From Vicugna vicugna (Eukaryota), in NCBI GenBank assembly GCA_013265495.1, contig MU058718.1:992001-1056000 (forward strand): a stretch of 64,000 nucleotides of DNA, given 5' to 3'. A program made the translations under genes and the position numbers. Numbering within the stretch: the stretch's first letter is position 1; each line of letters opens with the position of its first letter. Below, piece after piece: positions 1-13,132 of the stretch. The notes under the pieces were generated by a model, which had not been told where the DNA came from, made no database searches, and saw only the letters and a list, made by a program, of their open reading frames with translations.

Positions 1-69
1 TTTAAAGCCATTTCTGTCAGTTGACCTCCATAAATATCCCAAATTAGTTCTGATTATTTTCTATTAATC

Positions 70-2130
70 TAATTCTTTATTTTTTAATTAAATAATGTAG
101 TTGAGAGTATGCTCTATACTTTAAATGTCCCCTGCTTCTATACATGTGTAGCCTCCCCCATTATCAACATCCCCACCGGAGTTTGTCACAGGTGATGAAC
201 CTATGTTGATACATCATAATCACCCAGACTCCATAGTTTACATTATGGTTTATTCTTGATGTTGTACATTCCATGGGTTTGACAACTGTATAATGACATG
301 CATGTATCATTAGGAATCATACAGTGTATTTCACTGCCCTAAAAATCCTCTCTGCTCTGCCAATTCATCCCTCCCCAGCAATCCCTGACAACCGCTCATC
401 CTTTTACTGTCTCCTTAATTTTGCCTTTTCTAGGATGTCACATAGTTGGAGTCATGTAGTATGGCTCCTTTCAGATTGGCTGCTTTCACTTAGTGATATG
501 CATTTAAGGTTCCTCCATGTCTTTTCATGGCTTTATAGCCCATTTCTTTTTAGCACTGAATAATATTCCATTGTTTGGATATACCAGAGTTTACGTATCC
601 ATTCACATACTGAAGGGTGTCTTGGTTGCTTCCAAGTCTTGGTAATTATGAATAAAACTACTTTAAACATTTGTATACATATGTTTTTAATTCATTTGGG
701 TAAATACCAAGGAATGTTATTTCTGGATCATATGGCAAGAATATGTTTAGTTTTGTGAGAACTGCCAAGCTGTCTTCCAGAATGACTGCACCATTCTGCA
801 TTCCCACCAGGAATGAATTGAGAGTTCACGTTGCTCCACATTCTTGCCAGTATTTCATGTTGTCAGTGTTTCAGATTCTACCCATTCCAACAGGTGAATG
901 GCGGTATTTCATTGCTGTTTAATTTGCATTTCCCTGATGACCTGTGATGAAGAACAGCTTTTAATATGCTTATTTGCCACCTATACATCTTCTGTGGTGA
1001 GGTATCTGTTAAGATCTTTGGCCAATGTGTTTATCAGATTGTTTACTTTCTTACAGTTGAGTATTAAGTGTTCTTTGGATAACAGTCCTTTATCAGATGA
1101 GTCTTTTGTAAATATTTTCTCTCAGTTTGTGGCTTGTCTTTTCATTCTCTTGACATTGTCTTTCATAGAGCAAAAGTTTTTAATTTTAATGAAGTCTAGC
1201 TTATCAGCTATTTTTAATAAATCAGGTGTTGTATCTAAAAAGTCATTAACCACCCCAAGGTTATCTAGGTTTTCTCCTATGTTATCTTCTAGGAGTTTCA
1301 TAGTTTCAGGTTTTACATTTAGGTCTGTAATCAATTTTGAGTTAATTTTTGTGAAGGGTATAAAGTTTGTGTCTAGATTCATTTTGTATGTGTGGATGTC
1401 CAGCACCATTTGTCCAGCACTATCTCTGCTCACTGTATTGTCTTCGCTCCTTTGTCAAAGATTGGTTGACTACATTTATGTGGATCTCTTCTGGTCTCTC
1501 TATGCTGTTGCATTGATTCTTTCACCAATACCATGTGTCTTGATTACTGTAGCCTTTTAGTAAGTCTTGAAGTCAGATAACATCTGTCTCCAACTTTGTT
1601 CTGCTCCTTCAATATTGAGTTGTCATTCTGGATTGTTTGCTTCTCTGTATAAATTTAAGAATCAGTTTGTCAATATCCATAAAGTAACTCGCTGGGATTT
1701 TGATTGAGATTGTGTAGAATCTATAGATATAGTTGGGAAGAACTAACATCTTGACAGTATTGAGTCTTCCTATCAATGCACATCAAACATTTCTCCATTT
1801 ATTTTGTTCTTCCTTGATTTTGTTCATCAGAGTTTTGAAGTTTTCCTCATATAGATCTTGTACATGTTTTAAATTGTAAATTTATTCCTAAGTATTTCAT
1901 ATTTTAAGTGCTGATGTAAATGGTAATGTATTTTTAATTTCAAATTTTATTTGTTTATTGCTGGCATATTAAGAAAGTGATTAATTTTGTATGTTAATCT
2001 TGTATCTTGTAACCTTACTATAATCACTTATTAGTTCCAGGAGTTTTTTTGGTCAGTTCTTTTAAATTTTCTACATAGATTATCTGCAAACAAAGACAGT
2101 ATTTTTCCTTCTCAATCTGTATGACTGATA
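70..2130 (-). mobile_element. Old LINE-1 (L1MC-like), 3' UTR plus ORF2 C-terminal remnant
   Basis: ORF 1122-1433(-) gives KMNLDTNFIPFTKINSKLITDLNVKPETMKLLEDNIGE...DFIKIKNFCSMKDNVKRMKRQAT, typical of the L1 ORF2 C-terminus. 150-600 resembles the L1MC 3' UTR. The element resumes at 2295-2333 (GMQGWFNTQKSI, RT region). Confidence 0.92.
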
Positions 2131-2143
2131 TTAATTAATTTTT

Positions 2144-2294
2144 TGGTTTTTTGAAAAAATTTTTTAAATTGAGGTATAGTCAGTTTACAATGTCCTGGAG
2201 AATGTCATTCTAAGTGAAGTAAGCCAGAAAGAGAAAGAAAAATACCATATGATATCACTCATATGTGGAATCTAAAAAAAAAAGCCAAATGAAC
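2144..2294. mobile_element. Short 5'-inverted (twin-primed) younger L1 nested in the L1MC
   Basis: 2144-2193 is a minus-strand L1 terminus (T-rich tail + aattgaggtatagtcagtttacaatgt, matching 33830-33856). 2194-2294 is a plus-strand L1 ORF2-end/3'UTR piece, the reverse complement of ~34120-34171. Flanked by ttaattaattttt (2131-2143) and ttaattgattttt (2295-2307). Confidence 0.8.
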
Positions 2295-3194
2295 TTAATT
2301 GATTTTTGAGTGTTGAACCAGCCTTGCATACCTCTCTCTCTTCTCTCAAGAAAAAGTGGAGAGAGAGAAATGGGGAGAGATATTTTATAGAACCTGAGAA
2401 GGTCCCCAGGATCTTTAGGGATAGACACTTTCAGATACAACTAGGAAGAAGAACAATGTATGACATCAAGCATCAGGGGATATTTCCATTGTAAAGTGGG
2501 ATCTTATTTTGTGTGCTCCTCTAGGGTGTTTGAGTATGTCAGGGGTATATGTCCATGAGGCCTGTGGGGCCACCTAAGCCCTAGATCTCCTTCCTGACAA
2601 AGAAGACCACTAAATACAGCCCCAATACTCCTGAAAGGGCAGGGGGCTACCTCCAATGGGGCAAAGTTGATAAGCGAGGGAGGATTCCCAGTATCCCATA
2701 AGGTGACATCATTCAGATTATCTATTATTTTGGACCAAGACACTCCCCCTTCCCCAGTCCTAGTCTCAGGAAAACTGATACCAAATTCCTGGAGGAAGGG
2801 AATTTTGGAAACATTATCTAAATAAATGGCAGCCCTTTTTTGTGTGTGACCTGATGAAAAATTTTAAACTTTGTGGGAGGAGGGCCCTTTCCCTAGCATG
2901 GCACTGCCACCAGCCATGGCAGAAGAGAGACCTGGGATACACCATGCTTGGTGACTTCATCAGGCAGGGTGCACCCCTAGGTGCACCCCTTCAGCCAGAA
3001 AGGATTAACAGGAGGACTAGGAGGAGAATGGACTCCAGGGGACAGTTAAGAGGAGGGCTAGGATGGTAGACAAGGAGCCCTGGTGAGAAATCAAGAAGAT
3101 CCGTGAGCAGGAAGGAAGGTGCTGTGGGCTGTGTATGCCAGACCCATAGTCATCCATGTTTCTTCAGGTAACCCTGAAACTGGCATATCTATGG

Positions 3195-3365
3195 CAGAAG
3201 TCCCCAAATCTGTGACCAAGAAGCCTCAGGTAACCTTTGAAAAAATGCCAGTTGCTGGGCAGCACCCCCTGGAGATTCAAAATCAGTAGAGAAATTGTCC
3301 TGAATCTATTTTTGACAAGCTCCCCAGGTGATTTTGATGGGCATCCAGGTTGAGGGACCGCTAAT
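3195..3365. mobile_element. MER5-like hAT-Charlie DNA transposon relic
   Basis: ttttgacaagctccccaggtgattttgatgggcatccaggttgagggacc resembles the MER5 terminus. Confidence 0.65.
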
Positions 3366-4069
3366 GTGGGAAAGCACAGGTTTTATGTTGAAAATGTTTC
3401 TTGGATATAATTCTCTGTTGTGAAATAAACTTAGAGAAGTAAAAATACACTCTCTTAAACTCACAGGACTGTTTATTGACTACAGAAATCTTCTTAAAAT
3501 AATCAAACAATTGCACTAGCTAATGGGTGGTTTAAAGAGTCTCTTATTTATCCATCTGCCTGCAGACCTAGATCCTCTGCTGTTCTCCTCCACTCCCATC
3601 CCATCCCTCATTTGTCCTGGTGTAAGGCCTTTTCCCTGTGCTCACCCACCCAAGCCAGGATCTGGCTCTGATGTGTGCTGATCTCTGAATGTTTGAATCC
3701 TTTCTGCCAGATACTCAGAAATAAAACAGTTTCTAATTTGTGATTTTTACTTTTCACTCTTGCTTGCATTGTCTACCCTCGGTACTTAATACATAATCTT
3801 ACTCCCTGTTTCTGAGTCATTGAGCTAGAAATGGCCAGGGGACATTTTTCTGTTGTTAATGATAACATTCATGATACCAGAGAGCCGAACTCTGTCCTCG
3901 CAGGTCAGTTTCATGCAGGTCTCATAGGCAAATCCATCTGAAAGGAGACTCTAGCCAAGAGGGAGCTCACTGCAAACTCCACACCTCCAGTTGGCCTTCT
4001 CTGTGTTCTTTCCTCTTTAGATTTTGTCGTTTGCCATACACAAGTCTTATTTGTTCTGTATAATTTTTG

Positions 4070-4155
4070 TAGAAATTTTGGGCAAGATGCTTGTGCCTCA
4101 GTTTCTGCCTCTGTAAAATATTACACAATATAAATTTTCACAAAGAATTTTGTAA
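4070..4155 (+). mobile_element. MIR SINE fragment
   Basis: ttgggcaagatgcttgtgcctcagtttctgcctctgtaaaat is a MIR core. Confidence 0.65.
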
Positions 4156-5684
4156 AGCAAGTGTGGCTGGTTCAATTGTAACTAACCCAAAATGTGTTCA
4201 CCATTTTAAAAATGAAAATCTGCAAAGAACAATTGGATAGTAACTGCATTTTCAATGAGCGGCTTGGGGTCACAGTTCATAAAATAGTCCTGCACCGCTT
4301 GGGTCGTTTTCTGCAGAATTTGTAAACTAAAGGGATGGAATGCTCTCTGCTGTGTAAATTCTGCATCTGCTATTTCTTACAACTGCTTTCCCTAGGGCAT
4401 AAGTGACCGAAGCAGCAGAGTTAGTAGAGAAAACAGGTGTGCCTATTCAAAGGAGGAATGTATGTGTATTTATGAAAATGATCTCCCCAGCACCCTGGTC
4501 CCTCTCCAGGAGAGATTCACAATCCAGGCGTCCCTGTGGGCAGAGCCGACTGGTGCAGAGCTGGCTCCGTGCATGGATTTTCCAATTTGTAGCGTGGCAT
4601 GTTCATGATGGAAGATTGACCCCTGCCTGTGGGATAAGAGATACCCATTTGTTCTCTGTGCTACTGCAGAGTTCCTTTGGTTTTAGCTCATTGAAATTCT
4701 CCCAGGTAGAGTGAGGTAACCTGTGCTGACCTGGGTACATGCTTTCAAAACTTCAACCCTAGAACTTCTCATTGATAAGTAAGGCAGATTAGGAAAATGG
4801 TGTTTTTATTTCATTTAGAACCTATTTCTTCAAGAATCTAGCACTAGAGAGTAAGAGCAAGTAAGAGCCAAAACATAAAGGATCTAAATGTTTAATCTTC
4901 AAAGAGCATAACAAACCCTCGAAGGGATGTGCAGGCAATGCCTCTAGGCCACATTACCTTGGTGAAGACAGTAGGGCCTGGGCTCTATCTGGTCTCAATG
5001 TTGGCAGGTTGGAAACTGAATTTTGTCACTCCCTAGGAGCTCTTGAAGACTGTCTCATCCCCACACAACTCAGAATAGGTTGTGCAAACCAAAGAGATGA
5101 TGGTTTGATTTACACTGAGAAATTATCTGTCAAATTGACTGGATACTCTTAATTGGCTGAATAAAATTGGCTGTATTAATTTGCAATGAGAAATATAACT
5201 CCCAATTGTACCAGGCATTTATACCAGCTTGCCTAGCACTCCTGTCGGTTGGATAGCCACAGAGGAAATTAAAATACAGTCAGAAGGCTGCATGTTGAAC
5301 ATGGAGAGTGACCTAGTCAATATTCATATCAAGTGCATTAAGCCACATGACCCGATGTGTATCACCTACAGTATCAGACATGCCTGACAAACTGGATGTT
5401 TGAACAAGGGGATCAGAACCCCTTCTTCCCTGGGTGGTGCTAGAAGATTCCTGTCACCTTTGACTTGTCACATTTAGATTCTTTTTTTTCCTTCTCTATT
5501 CTGCTGACAAAACCAGTGTTTCTCATATGTGTTCTATGGTTCCCTAGTCCTGTTTCGTTATTAAGAAAAAAAAGGATTCTGTGGTTGAAAAATTCAACAC
5601 TGTGTACCATATCCTCACTTTGTGGGTTCACTGTGCTCATTAGCAAATTAGAAGTTCTGAGTAAACCTGTTTAACTTTGCTGCC

Positions 5685-5790
5685 ACATTTTCCAAACTGT
5701 CTTGACCAAGAAGCACTTGCTTTATAGAATATCTACTAGCATCCTGAAAAACTAGGTGTTCCAGGAAATAATCTTTGGGAAATGCTCTTG
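5685..5790. mobile_element. hAT-Charlie MITE-like relic
   Basis: tttccaaactgt...gtgttcc...ctttgggaaatgct, with imperfect inverted termini typical of Charlie-derived MERs. Confidence 0.45.
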
Positions 5791-6212
5791 TAGCCATGAG
5801 TGTCACCAGTTGGGCAAGAATCACATTCTCCCTCTTCTTGCCTTTTGCCTGGATAACACTCAGAAGTTTGTGGCTGCTTTACTGTTGTCTCCAGGTTCTG
5901 CCTGTAATGACAGGGACCAAAGAGGAGAAGGGAAGCAGGATAAGTCTAGAGAAAGGTGGAATGGTCCTAGGGTGAAATAAGTTCAGGGGGCTAGAGTTCC
6001 TGGCTTCTAAATGCCCTTCTAGTCCTAAATATTTGGGAGCCCTAAAGACTCTGGGGGAATGAACATCCATTTACAGGGCTTCTATACTTTTTTCCTCTAA
6101 CAAATGGAGGAAAATACAGCAGATTTGTTTCATAGGACAGAGAAGATTTTCTGAGAACCTACATGAGTCATCATGAGTTCTTATTTGTAAGGACTTTCAA
6201 GTCTTAGCAGAT

Positions 6213-6362
6213 GCTGTAGTGGAAAAAGGCTTGACATCAGTAAAAACCTGGATTCAAATCCTAGTGTGGCCCTGGTGTTATGGACAAGTGACTTCAGATT
6301 CATCTTTGTCAATTTAAACGGGGATAACAATGTCAATTCATGTCACTGTAAGGATTAAATAA
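6213..6362 (+). mobile_element. MIR SINE
   Basis: tgtagtggaaaaagg...cctggattcaaatcctag...ggacaagtgactt...gtaaggattaaataa. Confidence 0.7.
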
Positions 6363-6374
6363 CGGTTGGGTAAT

Positions 6375-6565
6375 GTCCAACTGTGCTAAGCACTGTACTG
6401 AATCTTTTATATGCTTGTTTCTTTTTAATCTTCCTAAACAAGTCTATATGGTAGGTACAGAAGAAGCAGAAAAGAAGGTGTAGGGAAGTAAAGACCCTGC
6501 TCAAGGACACGTGACTGGTAATGGTGGAGCTGGAATTTGAATCCAGAAGTCCATTTCCTTTGCTA
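6375..6565 (-). mobile_element. MIR SINE, opposite orientation to its neighbour
   Basis: tgtgctaagcactgtact...tttaatcttc...tgctcaaggacacgtgactggtaatggtggagctggaatttgaatccag. Confidence 0.7.
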
Positions 6566-6904
6566 TAATGTCACATGCAGAAGCCTAGAATCTAACACAT
6601 AAGTATTTAATCCAGGTTTTAAAATATAATTGGTTTTCTTTTTATTTAACATCATTAGTCCATAGCCAAATGGCTGGACTGATTCATATTAAGTATAAAT
6701 TATAGGAAAAGGCAGAAAAAATGACTTTCTAAGGGAAGAAAAATCTTAAGCCAGATAAACCTTTTACATTGTTTAAAGTAAATGTTTTATTAGATTATAT
6801 TTGAGAAGGTCAGCATGATACTTGGTAGTCACTGCATAAAGAGATTTTTGTTTTTGTTTTTGTTCATGTATTACTATACTGGATTGAATGCTCCATATTG
6901 GCAG

Positions 6905-7400
6905 ACTGTGTCATATTTTATAGTGAACATCTGTGGTTTCCCCAACCTTTTGGTGATTTCGCACATTATGAGACTTACTTTTCCAAGACAGAAGCCAGAT
7001 AATGCATCTCTTAGATTCCTCTGTGGCCAGGGGAAAGTCTTGTGACCTGAGCTCTGTGACGTGGTCCGTGCAAGGTGGATTTTGAAGTAAGCCATGGAAG
7101 AAGCTGGATGCATGGAAGGGAACCCACCTTCTGCTAAGGTTGATGGTGGAGATAATCAGGGAAGGTGACTGTGGCAGAGTTCCTGGCCTTCAGTCCTAAG
7201 AATCACAGACACTGAGCATGGGTGCAGTGGTGTTTTCCTTTGCCAAGTCCCTGTGTGCACATTATTCCTGGCTGTGTAGCTTCAGGGTTTAGGGCTCTAA
7301 TGCTTCTGAGCTACCAGACACCTAATCCATTTCTTTTTCCATTTAAACTTGCCAGAGTGGACTCTGTAGTTTGTTACCCTAAATCGTCACTGATACACTG
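6905..7400 (+). mobile_element. MaLR MLT1-type solo LTR
   Basis: Ends ttaaacttgccagagtggactctgtagtttgttacc...ctgataca, characteristic of an MLT1 3' end. Confidence 0.6.
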
Positions 7401-7409
7401 TTTCATTGT

Positions 7410-7480
7410 GATACGTGACACTCTACCAGGCATACAGTAGACGTTCAATGAATGCTCAGTGAATGCTTGCTGAATGCAGA
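7410..7480 (+). mobile_element. L2 3' end
   Basis: ccaggcatacagtagacgttcaatgaatgctcagtgaatg. Confidence 0.6.
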
Positions 7481-9559
7481 AATGCAGGGCAGTTATGAAA
7501 CTCTTTGGTGATGTATGTGTGTATGTGTGTGAATCCTGCTGTATCTATTAATTTTTCATCTTTGATCTTGATCCCTTGGAGACTTTACTTAGGACTTTGA
7601 TATGGGACATTTTTGTTTTTGCCTGTGACTTTGTAGGAACATTGTAAATATTAATAAGTCCTTTCTTCACTTTGTTTTGAGGGGCTATTACTGAAGATAT
7701 TTGGATAAGTTTATACCAGGTTTACTCCTCTATAATTAAATGAACAAGTTTTCCTCGTTTCTGCTGGTAAGAAGGGAATTTGGAATGTATGTGGTCTGGA
7801 GTTAACTTCTGAGTTAAAGCTGATATTTTTCTAGTGAATACCTGCAAATAGCTTCTTCTTCTGAGAGATGTTTATAAGGTTCAAAGAGTTCTAGGAATAG
7901 TTTTTAAATTTATCATTTTTGTTTCATATTTTAAATCTATTTTACTATTTATAAGGAATTATTCAGAAGTTGGTCCAGTTTAGTATTGTTTGTGGTAATT
8001 CAGGGTTGGAAGATCCTTGCTCACCACCCTTACTTTGGACCCTGTGAAGCCCCAAATAACAACGTTCTATGACTGATTAACATACAAGATTTGTATATAA
8101 AGTGGGACATTTGTATGTTGGGCCACACTTTCCTTAACAATTTTTCAGTTCTGTTTGAGCTTCCGTTGGTTTCTCAGGGACATCCTTGAAGAAGAGGTTC
8201 TGAATAGAAAAGCCATCCTCAATTTTAGATTTGGAATTCAACTTGGAGAGAGGTAGAAGGAGGCCAGTCATTAGCAAGGAAGGAGACTGGAAGATTACAC
8301 CTCCACCTCCCTGTCTCTCAGGCTGCAGGCACAACACACCTCCCCAGGGAAACCCACCTACTCCTGTTCTGGTTTCTTTACTAAAGCATGACACCTACAA
8401 CCTTCTCCAATAGAAATATCTGTCTCCTGGAGTTTTAAGATACCTTCTTTATAAATTGGTGGGGTTTTTTTGGGGGGGGGCAAATAGATGTTAATTATGG
8501 GAAATTTTACCAGAGAGAAATTGTTTTGTGAAGGTTATTTTTCTCCTAAAGAAAAAAAGGAACCCGTGGCTTCATAATCACACATTAAGATGCTCTTAAG
8601 AGTCTGGCTTATCTGCAAACAGGACATTTAAAAGATAAAGTTGACACTCCATTTTAATCCCACCCCAGCAGAGTCAAGGTTTTGAGGCACTTCTCTTCGT
8701 CAAGAATCAAGGATGAAATGTGCAAGAAACAGGTTTCTGTTTTTAAAACAACAGCTGCTAAGCAACCACTATCATCTACCTTCTGTTACCAAGTTTTGGG
8801 CAGATAGTGGCCGGGTGGGTACTTCCAGAAGCTCTCCCTGGATTTTGGTGCTTTGATCACACAATAATCTTTGAACATCTGTTTATATACCCACTGAGCT
8901 GTTTCTCCTCTCCTGTTTAAATCTGACAGTATAAGCACAATTTTGTAATTCTGCAAGGGAGAGGTAATGGGAAATAGTGTATTACTGTGCTTACAAAAGA
9001 ATAATACCTAATGCATGATATTTCTTTCTTGGTATATCTGAATTAGATTTTTTTGCTAATTAGTTAGTCATTTCTTTGGGTTTCACCTCCGGAAAAAGCC
9101 TATATTGGCCAGCGGGTGCCTTAAAAATCATACTGCCCTTAAACCAAAACTAGGCAGCTGATATTTAGGGCTGGCAAGGACAAAAGGTGTTAACTTCATC
9201 CACTAGGGTTGTAGAAGCATAAAGGCAGTCACCTCGCACCCACACAGTATTACTGTTTGTTTCACGTAAGTGTGTTCTCTTAGCAAGGAAGAGTAGTTTG
9301 CCCTGTTGGAAGGGGAAAAGTAGAAATATCCTTTTTATTTTAAGGCATTGTGCATTGACACTTATCCTCTATTTTATATTGTAGAAAACTTAATTTAGAG
9401 AATCAGAGAGTGTTTATACCCCAGAGTTTTTGACGTGATATGTATAAGTGTTAAATTTTCAACTTGGCTGTTTGCTATCAGGATTTGGCTTTGGGCTTTC
9501 CCTTAAAACCTGAGGTCAGATTTTTAAACTAATATGTATATATATTATCATCACATATG

Positions 9560-10010
9560 ATATGAAGTGCATTGTATCGTGTAATGCACATATGTAACAC
9601 TAATATTTTAGTATATGTTCAGTCTATTTTTTGTGCTTGGATATATTTACATGAGTATACGTGTGTATGGAAAAATTATAATTATACTATACTTGCTGTT
9701 TGGTAATTTTTGTCTTTACACCATATCATATCTCAAACATTTTGTTTTGTTAAATATCTTTTTAGAAATATGATAATACTCTAAGTGTATACCACACTTT
9801 ATTTAACCAATCCCTAAATATTGGACACTTAGTTGTTTTTTAGGCATATTAAAAGTGTGTACTCCTTATGTGGAAATCCTTGGATCCATCTCTGGTTAGG
9901 TCCTTGGGATAAAAATCCTAGAAATGTAATTGGTAGGTTAAATGGTGTACATGTTTTGACACATGTTGCCAAATTGCCTCTAAAAGGTTGAACCAAATTA
10001 CACTCTGAGA

Positions 10011-10055
<45 letters not shown>

Positions 10056-10214
10056 CTCTATATGTATATATATATATTTTATTTATTTATAGANNNNNNN
10101 NNNNNNNNNNNNNNNNNNNNNNNNNNNNNNNNNNNNNNNNNNNNNNNNNNNNNNNNNNNNNNNNNNNTCTCGATCTCTACAGTGTATCTAAAAGAGTTAA
10201 AAAAAACACTCTCT

Positions 10215-10263
<49 letters not shown>

Positions 10264-10375
10264 CTCTCTATGCTTATATATACTGATTATTATTACTTTT
10301 AAAACCCTTAATCATTTGACAAGCAAAAAAGAAAGTATCTCATTGTTTGTAGATTGGTATTTTGAGGTGTGATAG
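9560..10375 (-). mobile_element. Degraded L1ME-like fragment, interrupted by (TA)n and the gap
   Basis: tttatttaaccaatccct...ttggacacttag, tccttgggataaaaatcctagaaatgtaattg and ttgccaaattgcc are typical antisense L1M 3' UTR motifs. Confidence 0.6.
10015..10282. repeat. (TA)n microsatellites flanking a 74-N assembly gap (10094-10167)
   Basis: Directly visible TA runs at ~10015-10052 and ~10218-10260, and the N run. Confidence 0.95.
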
Positions 10376-10442
10376 TCTTATCTTCTATGTCATGATTCCT
10401 AGAAACTCTTGGTTCCTCTGACTTAACTTTTTTCAAAGGGAC

Positions 10443-10509
10443 TGAAGCACCTAAATATATAAAGCAAATACTAACAGACGTAAAGAGAGAAATTGATGGG
10501 AACACAATA
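10443..10509 (+). mobile_element. 67-bp internal L1 ORF2 endonuclease fragment with 8-bp TSD
   Basis: Translates EAPKYIKQILTDVKREIDGNTI (cf. L1 EN GAPKYIKQILTDIKGEIDSNTII). Flanked by aaagggac at 10435-10442 and 10510-10517. No poly(A) tail. Confidence 0.8.
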
Positions 10510-10715
10510 AAAGGGACAGATGCTGTAGAGTTTTAAATACAGTAAAAGTTGTATATGGAAGCTTAAAGCTATGGTTGAGTAGAGAATTCACAGTTCTGTG
10601 GATGTCTGACCACTGTAATACATATAGGCAACTTCTTTGGCAATATAAATGGGCTGCTTTATCTAATACTGTTTCTTAACACAGATCTTAGAAATGTGCT
10701 GTATAATCAGATAAG

Positions 10716-11006
10716 TTAGTTCCATGGGAAATTATGTGGAGATTTACTGGGTTTCCACTGGAGGAGATATATCTGTGAATTCAAGGATATATTAAACTTG
10801 GCTGAATCCACGTACCAGGTGGGAGTGTTTGAAAGGAACAGGACACCCATCAGAACATATTTCTGAGTTCCTTCTTTCATCAGAAGACTTTGGAACTTAC
10901 AGATGTGCACAGGCTTTTTTGAAATAAGACTATGGTGTTCCTGGACAATACGTACGCAGAGGCCCCTGGGGGTCAGCTCTTCAGCTCCTACTGTGTCTAC
11001 TGTGGC
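10716..11006 (-). CDS. Putative coding exon 3 (terminal) of a hypothetical 195-aa spliced ORF
   Basis: Strong acceptor tttctcttcctatccttcag|GCC. Only phase 0 is open (96 codons + TAA); the other two frames stop within 8 codons. Confidence 0.4.
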   Translation of the reverse strand, partial: ATVDTVGAEELTPRGLCVRIVQEHHSLISKKPVHICKFQSLLMKEGTQKYVLMGVLFLSNTPTWYVDSAKFNISLNSQIYLLQWKPSKSPHNFPWN

Positions 11007-13132
11007 CTGAAGGATAGGAAGAGAAATCATTATCCAGTTTGGTCACACAGTGAAATCACTGAAAGGTAGCTAGAGAATGCAAGCAGATTCTCTACAAGCT
11101 AGGGGATTTATGCCTTTGTTAGAGCTCTGAGAGATCAACCTGCAGACCTCTGTTAGGAATCCAAGATGCCTGGTGAATAAGCAACTACCACACTTGGACA
11201 AAAAAGGAGTAGTTCTTGCCCTTATCATGACATACCACCTCTGGATGCTTTCCTTGACCACTGCCTACTTCTCCATCAAAAGCAGAGTTAGTCCCTTCTC
11301 TGTGCTCTCATGTGCGTGGCTTTCTTTCGGCCTTGGCTCCAGTGGATACTGTGCAATTCTGTTCTCATCAGTCTGCCCAGATGCTATACTGTGCGCCTCA
11401 TGTCGCACCCATTTTTCTACCTCAAGTCCCTAACACAATGCTTGGTACTTGGAGACACTGGCATCTGCGTGATCTCTCAGTAATAAGGCTATTAGCCTGG
11501 GATTCTCTGCATATTGACCAGAAAGACAGCCCGGAGCACCAAGGAGGCCCAGGCTCTGCTGGGCCTGAGCAGCTCTGGACATCTGTTGTATTTCACCTTA
11601 GCATCAACTCCCGCGTCATCCTTTGGGACTTTGATTTTTTACGACTAATTTTCTCTGCCACTATAGAAATCATAGGGGTTGTAATTAAAAAAAAACTTTA
11701 TTGATGCCTGTTTGATACTAATTATTATTGCAGGAAAGGAGGAGGTATTTTGAGAGTTTATTTAAAGATAGCATGAAGTGATGACTTTTAGGTTATCTGT
11801 AACGTCAGAGGATGGGGAGGGGACCCTTGCAAGGAATGGCAAGCACTTTTGTTACTCCTTTAAGGAGACTGCTGTGTTCTAAGTCAGCTATGGAGTCGAG
11901 TGATCTAACTGGCACAGTGTTCTCAGTTTCTGTGAGGAGGACAAGATGCCTTTAATGTAAAGCCTAAATTTTTGACTTTAGATTACCTAAATATCATTAA
12001 TGGCACAAATAAGCAGCAAAGGGACTTTAAAAAAATGCATGGATCTATTATTTCAAAACAGACATGCAATTTTAGTTTAAAATACTTTGTTCCAACAATA
12101 CTTCATTTGCTACATTCTGTAAGGCTTTCAGGTGCTGATTATTCTCTATCGAAAATTGTTTTCTATTGAAAATAATTAAAGATGACTATTCTTTGTATGT
12201 GGGCACATGGAGAGATTCAATAGATACATATATTTATTTCAAAATCTCAGATCTGTAGGTAAAGACTTATTAAAGTTTACTTTTGGTTAGAAAGATATAT
12301 AAAACAATAGGCTATTATTAGACTTTGGTTTATTTCTGAGTAATGAATACATACCAGATAGATATGATCCTCTTGAAAACTAACTATATGTAAACATTTC
12401 GCTACTTTTGTATCTACTGTAGCCCAGTAGAAAAAATTGCAGGTTTCAGGGTTTTCCAATAATTTGACTAGGAAGAAAAAAACCATGGGAAGCAGGCAAA
12501 TTTGAGCATAACTCATGCCTCACGTCAAATTACATCAAAAGTTCTGTTCCCCTGAGAATAGCAATTGCTGTTCTCCATGTGTGTCTTTCACTTTGGCTGA
12601 TAGACTGTTTGAAAAAAAAAATCCTAGTTCCTTTCCACTTCTGCGTATGCTTTGATTTTTGGCTCATGTGTATACTATAGTCACTACATTTTAACTGTGA
12701 TTTGGCCCTTCTTATTAGAAGTCTGTCAACTTTCCACATGAACAGCATCACTTTGAAGGAAGAAGTTTTGAACTTTTGGGATTGCTGTTCCATTTTCACA
12801 GTTGCGAACCCCTGTGATGGGAACTTTATATGCTCTTTGAGATTTTTTGAGCCAGGGGTGTAAAAAAGAGAAAAAAGAGAATAAGGAGAGAGAGCTGCTG
12901 AAAGAGGCCGAAGAAGACCTTCATTCTTCAGTAGGTCTTTGTCACTTGTAAGCCCAAGACACGTTTTTTTTTGAAAGAGAAAAATTCTGACTTAACTAAA
13001 TAAGGCATTGAACCCATCCCAATAAGCGTCTGGTTGAGTTTTCTTTATCTTTTAGAATGCCCTCGTTCTCTCTCCATCCCCAGGCCTCTGGTCTCTCAGT
13101 TACACTATCATTTTTCAAAGGGGAAAATATTG

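Noticed and set aside
898..1560. 220-aa plus-strand ORF
   Set aside because: Antisense reading of decayed L1 ORF2; the hydrophobic composition is an artefact of the T-rich strand.
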